DNA of 63,692 nucleotides, the filler included, from Stramenopiles sp. TOSAG23-6 (Eukaryota), in assembly GCA_900128565.1 (NCBI GenBank). It is 27 parts of 27 records of this genome, joined end to end, with 100 filler letters (N's around TTAATTAATTAA, not from the genome) between each part and the next. Parts side by side here need not be neighbours in the genome. Positions count along the whole stretch, not along the records: positions 11,877 to 14,150 come from LT638164.1; positions 14,251 to 16,523 come from LT638165.1; positions 16,624 to 18,895 come from LT638166.1; positions 18,996 to 21,266 come from LT638167.1; positions 21,367 to 23,637 come from LT638168.1; 22 more parts are not named here. The stretch is one strand, 5' to 3'. This document shows positions 11,777 to 23,737 of this stretch, piece after piece. The translations under genes were made by a program, and so were the position numbers. Below the pieces are notes generated by a model, which was not told the DNA's origin, did no database searches, and saw only the letters and a program-made list of their open reading frames with translations. How positions within the stretch are numbered: position 1 is the first letter of the stretch; every line of letters starts with the position of its first letter.

Positions 11777-12274
11777 NNNNNNNNNNNNNNNNNNNNNNNN
11801 NNNNNNNNNNNNNNNNNNNNTTAATTAATTAANNNNNNNNNNNNNNNNNNNNNNNNNNNNNNNNNNNNNNNNNNNNCTGATTTCGTCGAAGTGAACGTCT
11901 CGGCATACCAATGTTTAAATAACTGTAGATAGATGAGTAAATGCGTTATATTAAGTGAATTATGAAGGAAGTATGTCGTTTAAAAGGATAAGTTAGACGA
12001 AAGTGAAACGAGAAGAATCGATGGGCGGAATCAATTTTTCGCGTTTTCGATTTCGTGCGAGATTTCGTGTTTTCAGTATTTCTTCGGTTAACCCTAACCC
12101 TAATTTTGAATCCTTGCGCTTGGCTTTGATTTTTAACGGAAAAATTCTTGTCTTTTTGCGGAGTTCTCTTCTTTTTGAAATTTTTCAAGTACTAAATAGT
12201 GTTTCTTTTGTATCTTTTTTTCATCAGTACATTGTGGTGTTTCATTAACTTCTGTTCCTTCTATACGTTGTAGA

Positions 12275-13582
12275 ATGTCACTTGTAGGCAATAGAGTAGT
12301 TGGTCTTCTTCGTGAAGCAAAAAACAAATGGGAACGTCGTTGTGCTCTAGGGCCTGATCAGGTGAAAGCACTCGTCAAGAAAGGAATACGTGTCATTGTG
12401 CAACCGTCAACGCGACGTGTTTTTACAGACCACCAATACATCGAGGCTGGAGCTGAAATCAATGAAGATGTCACACCTGCTTCACTTATTCTTGGTGTAA
12501 AAGAAGTGCCTCAAAATGAATTAATATCTGATCGCACATACATGTTTTTTTCACATACAATAAAAGCCCAATCCTATAACATGCCACTACTAGATAGCAT
12601 ACTTGAAAAAAATATTCGTCTGATTGACTACGAATGTATTGTTAAAGGTGGTAAACGTGGAGCACCACGTAAAGTTGCTTTTGGGCGGTATGCTGGTCTT
12701 GCTGGAATGATTGATATTCAAAGAGGTCTTGGTGAACGTTTACTTGCTCTTGGTTATAGTAATCCATTTCTGTCTCTCGGAAGTACTTACATGTATCCTG
12801 ATCTGAAATCAGCTAAAAATGCAGTAAAACAATGTGGTAAGTCCATTAAAAAATATGGTACACCAAAAGATTTTGGTCCTCTTGTGTTTGTCTTTGCAGG
12901 TGATGGTAATGTATCGAGAGGAGCCCAAGAAATCTTTAAATTATTACCTCATGAATTGATACCCGCATCGAAATTAGCACAGCTACATGAACCGGATGCA
13001 AATATTGATTTACATAAAGTATATGGATGTATTTGTAATCCTGAAGATATTGTAACACCACGTGATGGCTCAAAAATGACAACAAAATTAGTACCTAATT
13101 ATTTTAAATTTGGATCTGAACAATTTGAATCAACTTTTGCTAGACAGATTTTACCGTATACAACTGTACTAATGAATTGTTTATTTTGGACTGAACGGTA
13201 TCCACGTTTAGTGACTACAAAAGAACTTGAAGAATTGATCATTGAACAAAAACAAAAGAATTCAAAAATCGAAAAAACAAAACAAACATCTCAAACATCT
13301 CAAAAACAATTTGATTGTAAATTATTAGCTATCGGTGATATTTCGTGTGACTTACAGGGCAGTGTTGAATTTCTAACAAAATTCACAAATATAGAAAAGC
13401 CATTTTATTTATATGACGCTCCTGCTGCTATTACACATGATAATTTAGATGATTATGGAGTAGTTATGATGGCAAATGATATTTTACCTGCTGAACTTCC
13501 GGCGGATGCAACAAATTTCTTTGGTGAAAGTTGTACGTTTTTATCAAATTTTAATTTTCTTTTTTTTTTTTTTTTTTTTGGA

Positions 13583-13613
<31 letters not shown>

Positions 13614-14146
13614 GGTAAAACTTTTTTTATACTTACTCCAAATCTTGATCAAAATGTTCAAATATAAAAATAAAATGTAATAAAAAAAACAATTTTGGAA
13701 ATATTTACTTACCTACAGTGTTGCCTTATATAGAAGAATTAGTAAATTCCGATGGGTCACTTAGTTTTAACCGCCAAAAAAAAGGATTATCATCAGATAT
13801 TTATGGTGCAATCATCACAAATCAAAATTCATTGACTCCGAATTTTGAATATATTTACGATTTACGGAAACAAAATGAACGATTGTTAAAAACAAATTCT
13901 AAAAATAATAATAAAAATGGACAACTAAAAGAAAAAAATAATGATAAAAAAAATTTTCTTCTTCGTGGACATTTATTTGATCAATCTGTATTGAATGGAG
14001 TTTTAGATGTTGTCGAAAATTCAGATGGAATATCTGTAAATATTTTAGATGTTGAGGTTGGATCTGATTTAGATCATCAAAGCACAGCAATTTTACAAAT
14101 TGTAGGGGCTTCTGAAGCGCTTGAAAATACTCAAGAAAAAATCAGT
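12275..14146 (+). CDS. AASS: Alpha-aminoadipic semialdehyde synthase (lysine-ketoglutarate reductase domain), 3'-partial; intron 13533-13718 (GT-AG)
   Basis: 'REAKNKWERRCALGP', 'YMFFSHTIKAQSYNMPLLD', 'FGRYAGLAGMID', 'AIGDISCDLQGSVEF'; splicing gives 'ATNFFGES|LLPYIEEL'. Confidence 0.92.
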
Positions 14147-14389
14147 GTATNNNNNNNNNNNNNNNNNNNNNNNNNNNNNNNNNNNNNNNNNNNNTTAATT
14201 AATTAANNNNNNNNNNNNNNNNNNNNNNNNNNNNNNNNNNNNNNNNNNNNGCACAACCAGTATACGTAGCCGCACCGACGCAGCCAGTATACGTCATGGC
14301 GTCACCCACTCACCACTCACCCACGCACCAAACACCACTTTTGAAGCAGAATCAAAAAAACACCAAAAGTTCACAACAATAATACGAAA

Positions 14390-14917
14390 ATGGCAATGGT
14401 TGTACTTTTCATTGCATGTTGCCTTCAAATTGGTGCACTGGGTTGGAATACGTACGGTAAAGTTGAAATTAAAATTCTTTCTCATAAAATGAAACTTGAA
14501 TTGAGTTGGAAAGAAGTTACCGTTATTAGTGAAAAATCCACTGAAACCATGTCATACAAGCATTTTGCCAAAGAGCACATGAAAGGTAATGGTGACGAAA
14601 TAATCTATGCAGGAAAATTCATCTTGGGAGGCTTAATTGTCTCTTTACTACTGAATGTTATCGCCACGGCTCTAATTTTCCTGCACCAAAGGAATCTAGC
14701 TTTAATTGTGCTCTTTTTTGCTGTTGTTTCCGGAGTAGTTGCTACTGCGGTATGGAATGCTCATGACAAAAACTGGGATAATAGCACGCCTGGTATGGAA
14801 TCTTGGAAAGTAAACCTTGTATTTAAATCTACAGTTTTGGCCGGGGTAGCTAATTTCTTAATGGGTTGTAATTTAATTGGTTATGCATATACTACTAAAG
14901 CCTTCGGGAAAATATGA
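14390..14917 (+). CDS. Hypothetical multi-pass membrane protein
   Basis: 175-aa ORF with about four hydrophobic segments; may extend upstream across an A-run frameshift. Confidence 0.55.
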   Translation: MAMVVLFIACCLQIGALGWNTYGKVEIKILSHKMKLELSWKEVTVISEKSTETMSYKHFAKEHMKGNGDEIIYAGKFILGGLIVSLLLNVIATALIFLHQRNLALIVLFFAVVSGVVATAVWNAHDKNWDNSTPGMESWKVNLVFKSTVLAGVANFLMGCNLIGYAYTTKAFGKI

Positions 14918-15246
14918 AACACTTAAATGCGCAATGACAAATTTTATTTTTTTTAATTTCCAAGTCAGCACAATAAAAAGAAGACAATGTTACTCAAAAT
15001 ATTATAATCACGCTGTTGTAGGTATTGTTGAACTAGTATTACTGATAGTGAAAGATTTCACAGAAGAGCCACCAGTTTGGTTCATATTAGCAAGATATGT
15101 TTGCGCATTGACATTGACTTGGACTTGGAGATTTACCTGCAGATAAAACAAAAGAAAAAGGGGACGAAATATCTTATTTTTTGTACCAAATTACTTGTCT
15201 AAATTTAACATACTCTATAATTTACTACTATTTTATATTTCCATTT

Positions 15247-16523
15247 TTAATTCTTTCGTAATATTTTTTGGGCGCGATGCAAACTTTCTTTTACATCAAC
15301 TAAAAAGGAATTATTTAAATCTGAAAATAATTCACTCAAAGGAATAAATGATCCCTCATCACCCAACCGAACAAGTAAATTACGAGGTAAATGACCATCA
15401 CTTAACCACATTCGCATTTGCAACGTTGTAAATGGACCAAATAACTCTTTATAATCGTCTTTGTAATACCAACACTCGGGATTTGTGGTGCTTATCTGTT
15501 TGAATGCTAACAATGCATTGAGAAGTGCATGTTTTGTCTTTGATGGAGCTCCTAGAACGCTTTTTGATACATTTGAAGTGTTTCTTTTGGTTGATTTCTC
15601 TGGTGATTGTAGTGCTTCAATCTTGGTTTTTAGAGCTACAATTTTATCTAACACTGTTTGATTTGCTGTTCTTACCTTTTTGAGCTGAAAATTAATGAGG
15701 GCTTCCTGTTGAGCTTTCTTTTGTAGTTTCTCTGTATCAATTTTTCGTTTTTCTTTCTTAGCAGCTCGAATTGCAAATTCTGTGACCTTGTTCAAGTTAA
15801 TACTTGTAGTATCACTTGAACGACAATGTGTTTTTGGCGTTTTTGATACGCTATTTTGTACTTCACTATCAGCAGTAATAGATCTATTAGATTGTAAACC
15901 ATTTGATGTAGAAGCCACTGCGTTCTTTGTTACAGGAGAAACTGGTGCACGATCAGTTGTACTATTGTTAGTCTTTTCAACTATAGAACATTTTTCTAAA
16001 ATTGACCTGAGTTGAACTTTTGGTTGTTTTACTTTATCAACTAACTCGGCTTGCTTCGTCAAACGTTGTAACTGTCTTGCCTTAGATCGTTCAATCCACG
16101 CAGCTGTCTTATTCTTCAATCTTTCTTGCATTTCCATACATCTAGCATCAGAAGTAGCCTCTAATGCCTTATCAATTATAGTGGTATTATCTGTAGCAGC
16201 ACGACTAGCTTTCTCCCTTCTAATTCGATCTTTAGCTAATGTAATCTGTCTCTTCTGCTTAATCAATTGGTCTCGTAAACTATTTTGTGCTGAATGCATG
16301 TATACACTATCGCCAACTTCCCCCCAATAAATAGACTTTCTACAAAGACAACCTCTAATTAATGACTGCACTTTTACCGCGGCCTTTGACTGATTCTTTT
16401 CATATTCCACCAGTTGTTTCTTTCTCTCCTTTTCTTCACGTCCAACTTTAATTTTTCTTGATATGGGATCGATAAAGTGAGGACTAATCATCATATACGT
16501 ATACGTAGGGTCTTTCAACCTAT
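15247..16523 (-). CDS. IQ-motif, coiled-coil and GYF-domain protein, 5'-partial
   Basis: IQ-like 'AAVKVQSLIRGCLCRK'; GYF 'WYYKDDYKELFGPFTTLQMRMWLSDGHLPRNLLVR'. Confidence 0.75.
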
Positions 16524-16623
16524 NNNNNNNNNNNNNNNNNNNNNNNNNNNNNNNNNNNNNNNNNNNNTTAATTAATTAANNNNNNNNNNNNNNNNNNNNN
16601 NNNNNNNNNNNNNNNNNNNNNNN

Positions 16624-18825
16624 ACCGATTAAGAAACCATCGATCATGTATTTTGGAAAAATATTTAAAAAAAAAAAAAACTTAAATTTGTTAGGTACAA
16701 AATTTTTATAAAAAAATTAATTCGAAATTGAAAAAAAATAAAACAAACATCAATCATCGACATTACAGTAGCTGCAATATCAGAAGGTGTTGGTTGTTGA
16801 ATAATAAAACCATTTGTTGTGAAAAAGTATTTTTTTGAAAGTTTACAATTTGTTAGGTATGAAATTTACTATGAAAAAAAAAAATATTTTTTGTGTAGGG
16901 TTAGGGTTAGGGTTATGAAAAAAAATCAATCATTAAAACATATATGTACATCAGTAGGCTGTAAGTATTCTGAGACACCTGCTGTACCAAAGGTTAACAA
17001 TGGTCGGCCAGCAGCCAATGACTCTATATTTGATATACAATATTTATTATGAAAAATATGTCTGTACAGTTTGAAATTTGTTAGATAAAAATTATAAAAA
17101 TTATAAAAATTATAAAAATTACAAAAATTGGATTAGGTACAAAATTTACTATGAAAAAAAAGAAATTAGAAATTCATGGTGAAAACGTACATGTCTCCTC
17201 AAAAGTTGGATGGATGACAATATCAATTTCTTCATTCAATCTACGCCATGTATCGTGATTTTTTTTTTTTAGTAAAAAAAATCGTTAGGTACGAAATTTC
17301 ATACAAAAAAAAACTCCAAAAAAAAAAAAATCAATTTCGAAAACGTACAAATTTCACCATGGGGCACCCATCCTTCAAAAGATACAAACACTGAATCATT
17401 GTTTAAATCTTCATTACTGATATTCCATTTGTTTTCAAATTTCATATTTTTAAAAATTTTGTTTGATTTTGTCTTTGGAAGTAGAGAAAGATTTAAATCA
17501 GAAAGTAAATTTTCCTCAAGATATTTTGAAAGAATACCATTACCAAAGAAACGAAAAATAATTTTTTTTTTCGATTCAAGATTTTTGTGTAATATTTCAG
17601 AAACGATTTTGGCAGCTCTTAAAAAGTATTGTGAAAAAATATTTCAAAAAAAAAAATCTTTTTTATTTTTTTGTTTTTTTTGTTTAGGTACAAAATTTCG
17701 TATGAAAAACAAATTAAATTTGAAATGAAAACGTACACCATTCCAGGTGACTTGATTGGAGCTAGACGTCCAATAATAGCAATTTGTATAATTGGGTTTT
17801 GCTGTGAATTTGTCGTTAATTGACTAAGAGGAGTGTGAAAATTTTGAATGTTTTGAATTGGTATAGTTTCATTGTTTTTTTTTTTTTTTTTTCTTGTGTT
17901 GTACCAAAGACATCTTGAACGTGTAAACTATCTGTGAATTCACTTGATAAACCAATCGGAAGTACATGGCATGGTGGTCGATATTCGTCGGAGTTTGAAA
18001 GCATTGTTGAATTTGAAACATTTAATTGATGTGCCCATGATCCAGCTCCGTTGTGTTGCCCTTTCTCACCTAAATTTATTTTGAGCAAATATTTCAAATT
18101 TCGTTTTTTTTGTTAGGTACAAAATTTACTATGAAAAAAATAAATTCGAAATTGAAAAAAATTGTAAAAAAAAAAAAAAAAAAACATACATACCAATATG
18201 TACATGCTGCAGCTGATGGTGAGATGATATCAGTGACATCCTGCATTGCAATATAAGGTAAATGATCATGCCATCGTCCAGGTTCGCAAATAATTCTATC
18301 AACACCAGCAATACGCGCAGCCTGGATTAAAAGCTGATTATCCAATCCTTGTTCTGGAACATACACTGATGAATATATATGTTTTACATATGAAATTTAT
18401 TAGGATTTTTTTTTTTAAATTATTTTAAAAAAAAAAAATTTCTACACATTTTTTACGAATGAAATTTGAAATTAGTTAGGATTTAAATCATTCATTATAA
18501 AACAAATACATTATAAACAATACATGTAAATATTTCAAATGAATGATGAAAAATAAAGTCAGTCAAGACTCGGAAAAAAAAATATAAAAAAATAAAATCT
18601 TTTTTTTTTTTTTTTTTTTTTTTGGGAAAAAATTTTTGTATAAAAAAAAAAAAATTTCGTATGAAAAAAAAAATTAATGTTAAAAAAAACAAATGATGAA
18701 AACATACATGAGAATAGTGTACTATATCAAATCCTTGAAGTTCCGTTATAAGTGACGTCATTCCTTCAAAATCACCAGAAGTCATTAAGTCAAGTCTTCC
18801 AACAGGAATATCCTGGAGTCGTTTT
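16624..18825 (-). CDS. GT4-family (GT-B fold) glycosyltransferase, partial, 8 exons
   Basis: Spliced motifs 'IGRLAPIKSPGMV|LRAAKIV', 'FEGWVPHGEI|WRRLNEEIDIVIHPTFEET|YCISNIESLAAGRPLLTFGTAGVSEYL'. Introns: 18074-18189, 17624-17736, 17248-17348, 17042-17190, 16812-16949, 16646-16748 and ~18378-18707. One homopolymer frameshift near 17880. Confidence 0.8.
17248..17348 (-). other. Non-canonical GT-AT intron (101 nt)
   Basis: GTACGT...GTATGAAATTTCGTACCTAAC...ATCACGATACAT; using the nearest downstream AG would give TAT-TGA (stop). Confidence 0.85.
17624..17736 (-). other. Non-canonical GT-TT intron (113 nt)
   Basis: GTACGT...CATACGAAATTTTGTACCTAAAC...TTCACAATACTT; removal restores 'SPGMVLRAA'. Confidence 0.75.
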
Positions 18826-19271
18826 ATGTATTTTGGAGAAATATTCAAAAAAAAAAAAAAAATCTTTTAGTTTAGGTACAAAATTTACTATAAAANNNNN
18901 NNNNNNNNNNNNNNNNNNNNNNNNNNNNNNNNNNNNNNNTTAATTAATTAANNNNNNNNNNNNNNNNNNNNNNNNNNNNNNNNNNNNNNNNNNNNGTACG
19001 AAATTTTGTACCTAACGTTTTTTTTTTCAAATATTTTTCCAAAATACATAAAAAACGTTTCATAGTAGAACACGAAAAGTATTTAAATGCTTGTAGTAGA
19101 AGCAAAGAAAATTTTGATCATGAAGAAAAATATTCAAATAAAGATGTGGACTCTTCAGAAACTGAGCAGGTATGTTTTATTTATTTTTTTTTTTTCAATT
19201 TCGAATTTTTTTTTCGTACGAAATTTTGTACCTAACAATTTTTTTTTTTGAAATATTTTTCCAAAATACAT

Positions 19272-19496
19272 GTATACGAATGGGCGCGAGGTGTTCCTTT
19301 TAAAACGATTTGTGAGTTGACTGATGTTGATGAGGGCACAATAGTGAGAACTATCACGCGATTGGATGAAACTTGTCGAGAAGTTCGAAATGCTGCAAGA
19401 ATCATTGGAGATCCTGATTTATTTAAAAAAATGGAAAAAGTTTCTGAAATACTAAAAAGGGACATTGTTTTTGCATCGAGTTTGTATGTAACTTGA
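19272..19496 (+). CDS. SKI2: Ski2-like RNA helicase, terminal exon (DSHCT domain)
   Basis: 'VYEWARGVPFKTICELTDVDEGTIVRTITRLDETCREVRNAARIIGDP...KRDIVFASSLY'; preceded by GT-AT intron 19170-19271. Confidence 0.9.
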   Translation, partial: VYEWARGVPFKTICELTDVDEGTIVRTITRLDETCREVRNAARIIGDPDLFKKMEKVSEILKRDIVFASSLYVT

Positions 19497-19676
19497 TATT
19501 TAAAATAAAATTTAAATGTAGTTTTGATTTTGTCGAATGTGTATATCACTTCAAGATGACGAAATATTCAATCATTATAAAATAAAATTTGTATAGATCT
19601 TTATTCGTCCATATACTCAAATTACTAGCTAGAATACATAATAACTAATCTGTTAATGGAAGTTCATTAATAATAA

Positions 19677-21166
19677 TTAATTATCTGATAATCGAAGTTC
19701 ACTAATAGGAAATGACACAGCAGCACTTATTATTGGCAAGTTACTTTCTTGATCAAGTACAAAAACTTTTACAACTCCAGCTGCGCCCTGTGGATGAACT
19801 GAGATTACACCAACATCATAATTATATAAAATGTCAGGTACCATAGCGGGAATTAGAATTGAAGGCTTTCGCATGGAGTACAAGGAATGCTTATAACCGA
19901 ATGTAACCTGTGTATTATATAAAGCATTTTTGCCAGTGTTTCGAATCTTCAAGCGTAACTGGAATAGCGGACCCAAGCCTCTTATTTCGACAGTTATATT
20001 TACAGAAGCTTGCTTGGCATACGACATTGGTCCGTTACCGTGAGATATTAGTTTTACGTACGATCTTGCAGAATCCAACCTGAGTTTTGAAAGATCCCTC
20101 TGAAATACTCGATGCATCTCTACAGCTTGTTCTCGCTCTCGATCTGTTTGATTAACATACAATCGGGTCTTTTTTGGTAGATTCAATGGAATGTTCTGTT
20201 CAGGAGGAGGACCAGTTAAAATTCCAGCCGTACTTAAAGATGCTTGTCGGCGGAACACTCGTATGCTACAGGCATGTATTTTGAAAAAATATTTCAAAAA
20301 AAATCGTTAGGTACAAAATTCCGTACGAAAAAAAAATGGAAATTAAAAAATTAAAACATACACCACTACGATGCGTAAGTGCTAAACAACATTCTTCTCT
20401 ACCATAGTGACCACATTGCATTCCCATGACAACATCATCAACCTTAAATGAGTCTAAACAAAGCTTATTCTTATATAAACGAATGTGTATTGTGAGAAAT
20501 ATTTTCTTTTAGTAAAAAAAATACATTAGGAACGACCGTTTTTGTAAAACATAAAAAGGATTGATGAAAATATATTGAATAAAAACTCAAAAAAAAAAAA
20601 ATCTCGAGGAAAAAAAGTTTTTGAAAAAATTGAAAATTCATGATAAAAACAAACTTCACCATTTACCAAAGCAACTAATAAAGCTCTATCTCTTTCCTGT
20701 TTCCCCCTTTTAAAGAGAGCCATATTTGTAATTGCAGCAGGCATTTTTAAAGAATAAATTTTGTTGCCTTTTACATTAAAACAATGAATTACACTGTTAC
20801 TGTATTGTGAAAAAAAAAATTATAAAAAAATCGTTAGGTACAAAATTATGTACGAAAAAAAATCAGAAAAAAATCAGAAAAAAATCAGAAAAAAATCGTT
20901 AGGTGTTGAATTTTCATAGTAAAAAAATTGAAATTCATCATTTAAACAAACATAGTTCCAACCAAAATTTCTTTTGAGCTTATTGTTACTATACCAACGG
21001 CAGCTTCCTGCAATTCAATATTTTTCCCAGAGAGTTTCCCATTTTTTACTGTAAAAACTTTTCCACCACGAGATCCGACTAGAATTCTGTAATCTACATT
21101 CATTAAACCAATAGAAGCAAGAAAAACAGGGACAGCAGGGATAAAACATTTTACTAGAATAGAACA
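19677..21166 (-). CDS. BBS1: Bardet-Biedl syndrome 1 protein, 3' exons 20952-21166, 20655-20799, 20362-20484, 19677-20273
   Basis: 'LVALVNGE|IRLYKNK', 'GHYGREE...SG|ACSIRVFRRQA', 'GPPPEQNIPLNLPKKTRLYVNQTDRERE...MHRVFQRDLSKLRL', 'GLGPLFQL'. Confidence 0.92.
20274..20361 (-). other. Non-canonical GT-AT intron (88 nt)
   Basis: GTATGT...CGTACGGAATTTTGTACCTAAC...TTTTCAAAATACAT; the first downstream AG is out of phase. Confidence 0.85.
20485..20654 (-). other. Non-canonical GT-AC intron (170 nt)
   Basis: GTTTGT...GTTCCTAAT...TCTCACAATACAC|ATT; restores BBS1 'NGEIRLY'. Confidence 0.75.
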
Positions 21167-21366
21167 ATGTATTTTGGAAAAATATTTGAAAAAAAAATCA
21201 TTAGGTACAAAATTTCGTACGAAAAAAAATTCGATTTTTTTGTTAAAAAAAAAAATAAAACATACANNNNNNNNNNNNNNNNNNNNNNNNNNNNNNNNNN
21301 NNNNNNNNNNTTAATTAATTAANNNNNNNNNNNNNNNNNNNNNNNNNNNNNNNNNNNNNNNNNNNN

Positions 21367-23637
21367 TACTTAAGCTACCTCCAGCACCTGACGTCGCTGA
21401 ACCAGTTCGAAGAGTTATCGAGCCACTGCTTCCTTCGCTAGTTGTACCCGAGGTGAATGATAATGAACCAGACACTCCATCAGTTCCCGCGTTGGCTGTA
21501 CGAATGATAAATGTTCCACTAGATGTAGTTGATCCATCCCCAGATACTAATGACATAGAACCACCCGTCAAGTCACTACTTTTACCTGATCGCATGATAA
21601 TTCGACCACCAGAAGTTTTGTTTCCTGTTCCCACTAAAACATCGATGCTTCCACCGGCCCCAAGTGTTGCACTGCCTGTCCGAAGACTAATCATACCAGA
21701 GCTACCTTTACTAGCAGATCCTGATTTTAAAGACAATGAACCAGATACACCATCTGTGCCACCATTTGTAGTACGAATACTAAATGCACCACTAGATTTT
21801 TCAGATCCATAACCTGTTGTCATTGAAACAACACCACCCGTCGACGTTGTTGATTCTCCTGCACTTAGAGTTACACGACCACCAACAGAAGTATTACCAG
21901 AACCAACTGCAAGACTAATGCTACCAACCACACCCTTATTTGCATTCCCAGACCGCAACCCAATCGCACCACTGCTGCCTTTACTTGATGTACCAGATAT
22001 GATATTTAGTGATCCAGATACACCATTTGAGCCTGAATTACCAGTGCGAATGCTAAATGTTCCGCTAGATGAGGTTGTACCGAATCCAGTCATCATAGAT
22101 ATTGAACCACCAGTTTTTGTAGTACTCTCACCTGCACTCAAAGAAATACGTCCACCAGAAGCTTTATTACCACTACCAACAGATATACTGATGCTTCCAC
22201 TGGCACCTAACGTTGCATTTCCAGTTCGTAATGATATCATACCACTACTTCCTTTACTAGACATACCAGTTGAGAAGGACACAGAACCAGAAACACCATC
22301 TGTGCCACCGTTAGCGGTGCGAATACTAAAAGAACCACTAGATGTTGCAGATCCATAACCTGTTGTGATAGATACGGTTCCACCAGTTGATGTTGTACTC
22401 TCACCGGCGTTGACAGTAATTCGCCCACCGTTAGATTTATTTCCACTTCCAACTGTAATACTTATACTCCCCGAAGCACCTTTTAACGCAGTTCCAGTAC
22501 GAAGTGTAATTGCGCCACTACTACCTTCGCTTGTTGTTCCAGATACAATCGAAAGTGAACCAGAGACACCATCAGTCCCCGCATTTGCGGTTTTGATACT
22601 AAATGAACCACTTGAAGATGTTCTGCCATAACCAGAGATCATTGATAAAGAACCACCTGTTTTATCTGTACTCTCACCAGCAGACATAACTATACGACCC
22701 CCAGATTCGTTGTTGCCACTACCAACAGATACACTGATGCTTCCACCAGCACCTAATGTTGCATTCCCAGTGCGTAATGACATCGCTCCACTACTTCCTT
22801 TACCAGACGCACCAGTAGATAGTGATAAAGAACCAGACACACCTGAAGTTCCACCATTTGCAGTACGAATACTAAAAGTGCCACTAGATGTTGCAGATCC
22901 ATAACCTGTTGTCATAGATACAGCACCACCAGTTGATGTTGTACTTTCACCAGCATTGATTGAAATTCGCCCACCGGTTGATTCATTGCCACTTCCGACA
23001 GTAATACTGATACTCCCTGATGTTCCTTTTACTGCAGTTCCAGTACGAAGTGTAATTGCGCCACTACTACCTTCACTTGTTGTTCCAGATACAATTGAAA
23101 GCGAACCTGATACACCATTAGTTCCCGCATTTGATGTTTTAATACTAAATGAACCACTGGATGTAGTGGTACCATAGCCAGATATCATGGATAGCGAACC
23201 CCCTGTACTAGTCGTACTACTACCGGCACCGATAATAATACGCCCACCAGCCGAAGTATCTCCTTGACCCACGATAATGCTTATACTACCTGAAGCGCCA
23301 CCAGTCGCATTTCCACTTCTAAGTCCAATCATTCCACTGCTACCGTTAGACGATTCACCTGATACAATAGATACTGCTCCTGACACCCCACTATCACCTG
23401 CATTCGATGTATGTATGCTAAAAGAACCACTAGAATTTCCACCGCTAAATCCTGTTACTAAAGATACGGAACCACCAGTCACATCGGTGCTTTCTCCAGC
23501 AGTAATTACAACTCGACCACCAGATGTTGTATTACCCGTGCCTACTAATACGCTGATACTACCAGCTGTCCCAGACGATGCTAATCCAGTACGTAATACA
23601 ATTTCCCCACTATTACCTTTACTAGTAGTTCCTGATG
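21367..23637 (-). CDS. Giant Gly/Ser/Thr-rich repeat protein, internal fragment
   Basis: Open frame across the contig; ~15-aa 'SGSxSxxSGxxxxG' units grouped into 91-aa super-repeats. Confidence 0.85.
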
Positions 23638-23737
23638 NNNNNNNNNNNNNNNNNNNNNNNNNNNNNNNNNNNNNNNNNNNNTTAATTAATTAANNNNNNN
23701 NNNNNNNNNNNNNNNNNNNNNNNNNNNNNNNNNNNNN

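Noticed and set aside
12275-14146. Alternative genetic code or stop-codon readthrough as the explanation for interrupted genes
   Set aside because: Long exons are stop-free in the standard code, genes end in TAA, TAG or TGA, and interruptions coincide with intron motifs and frame changes.
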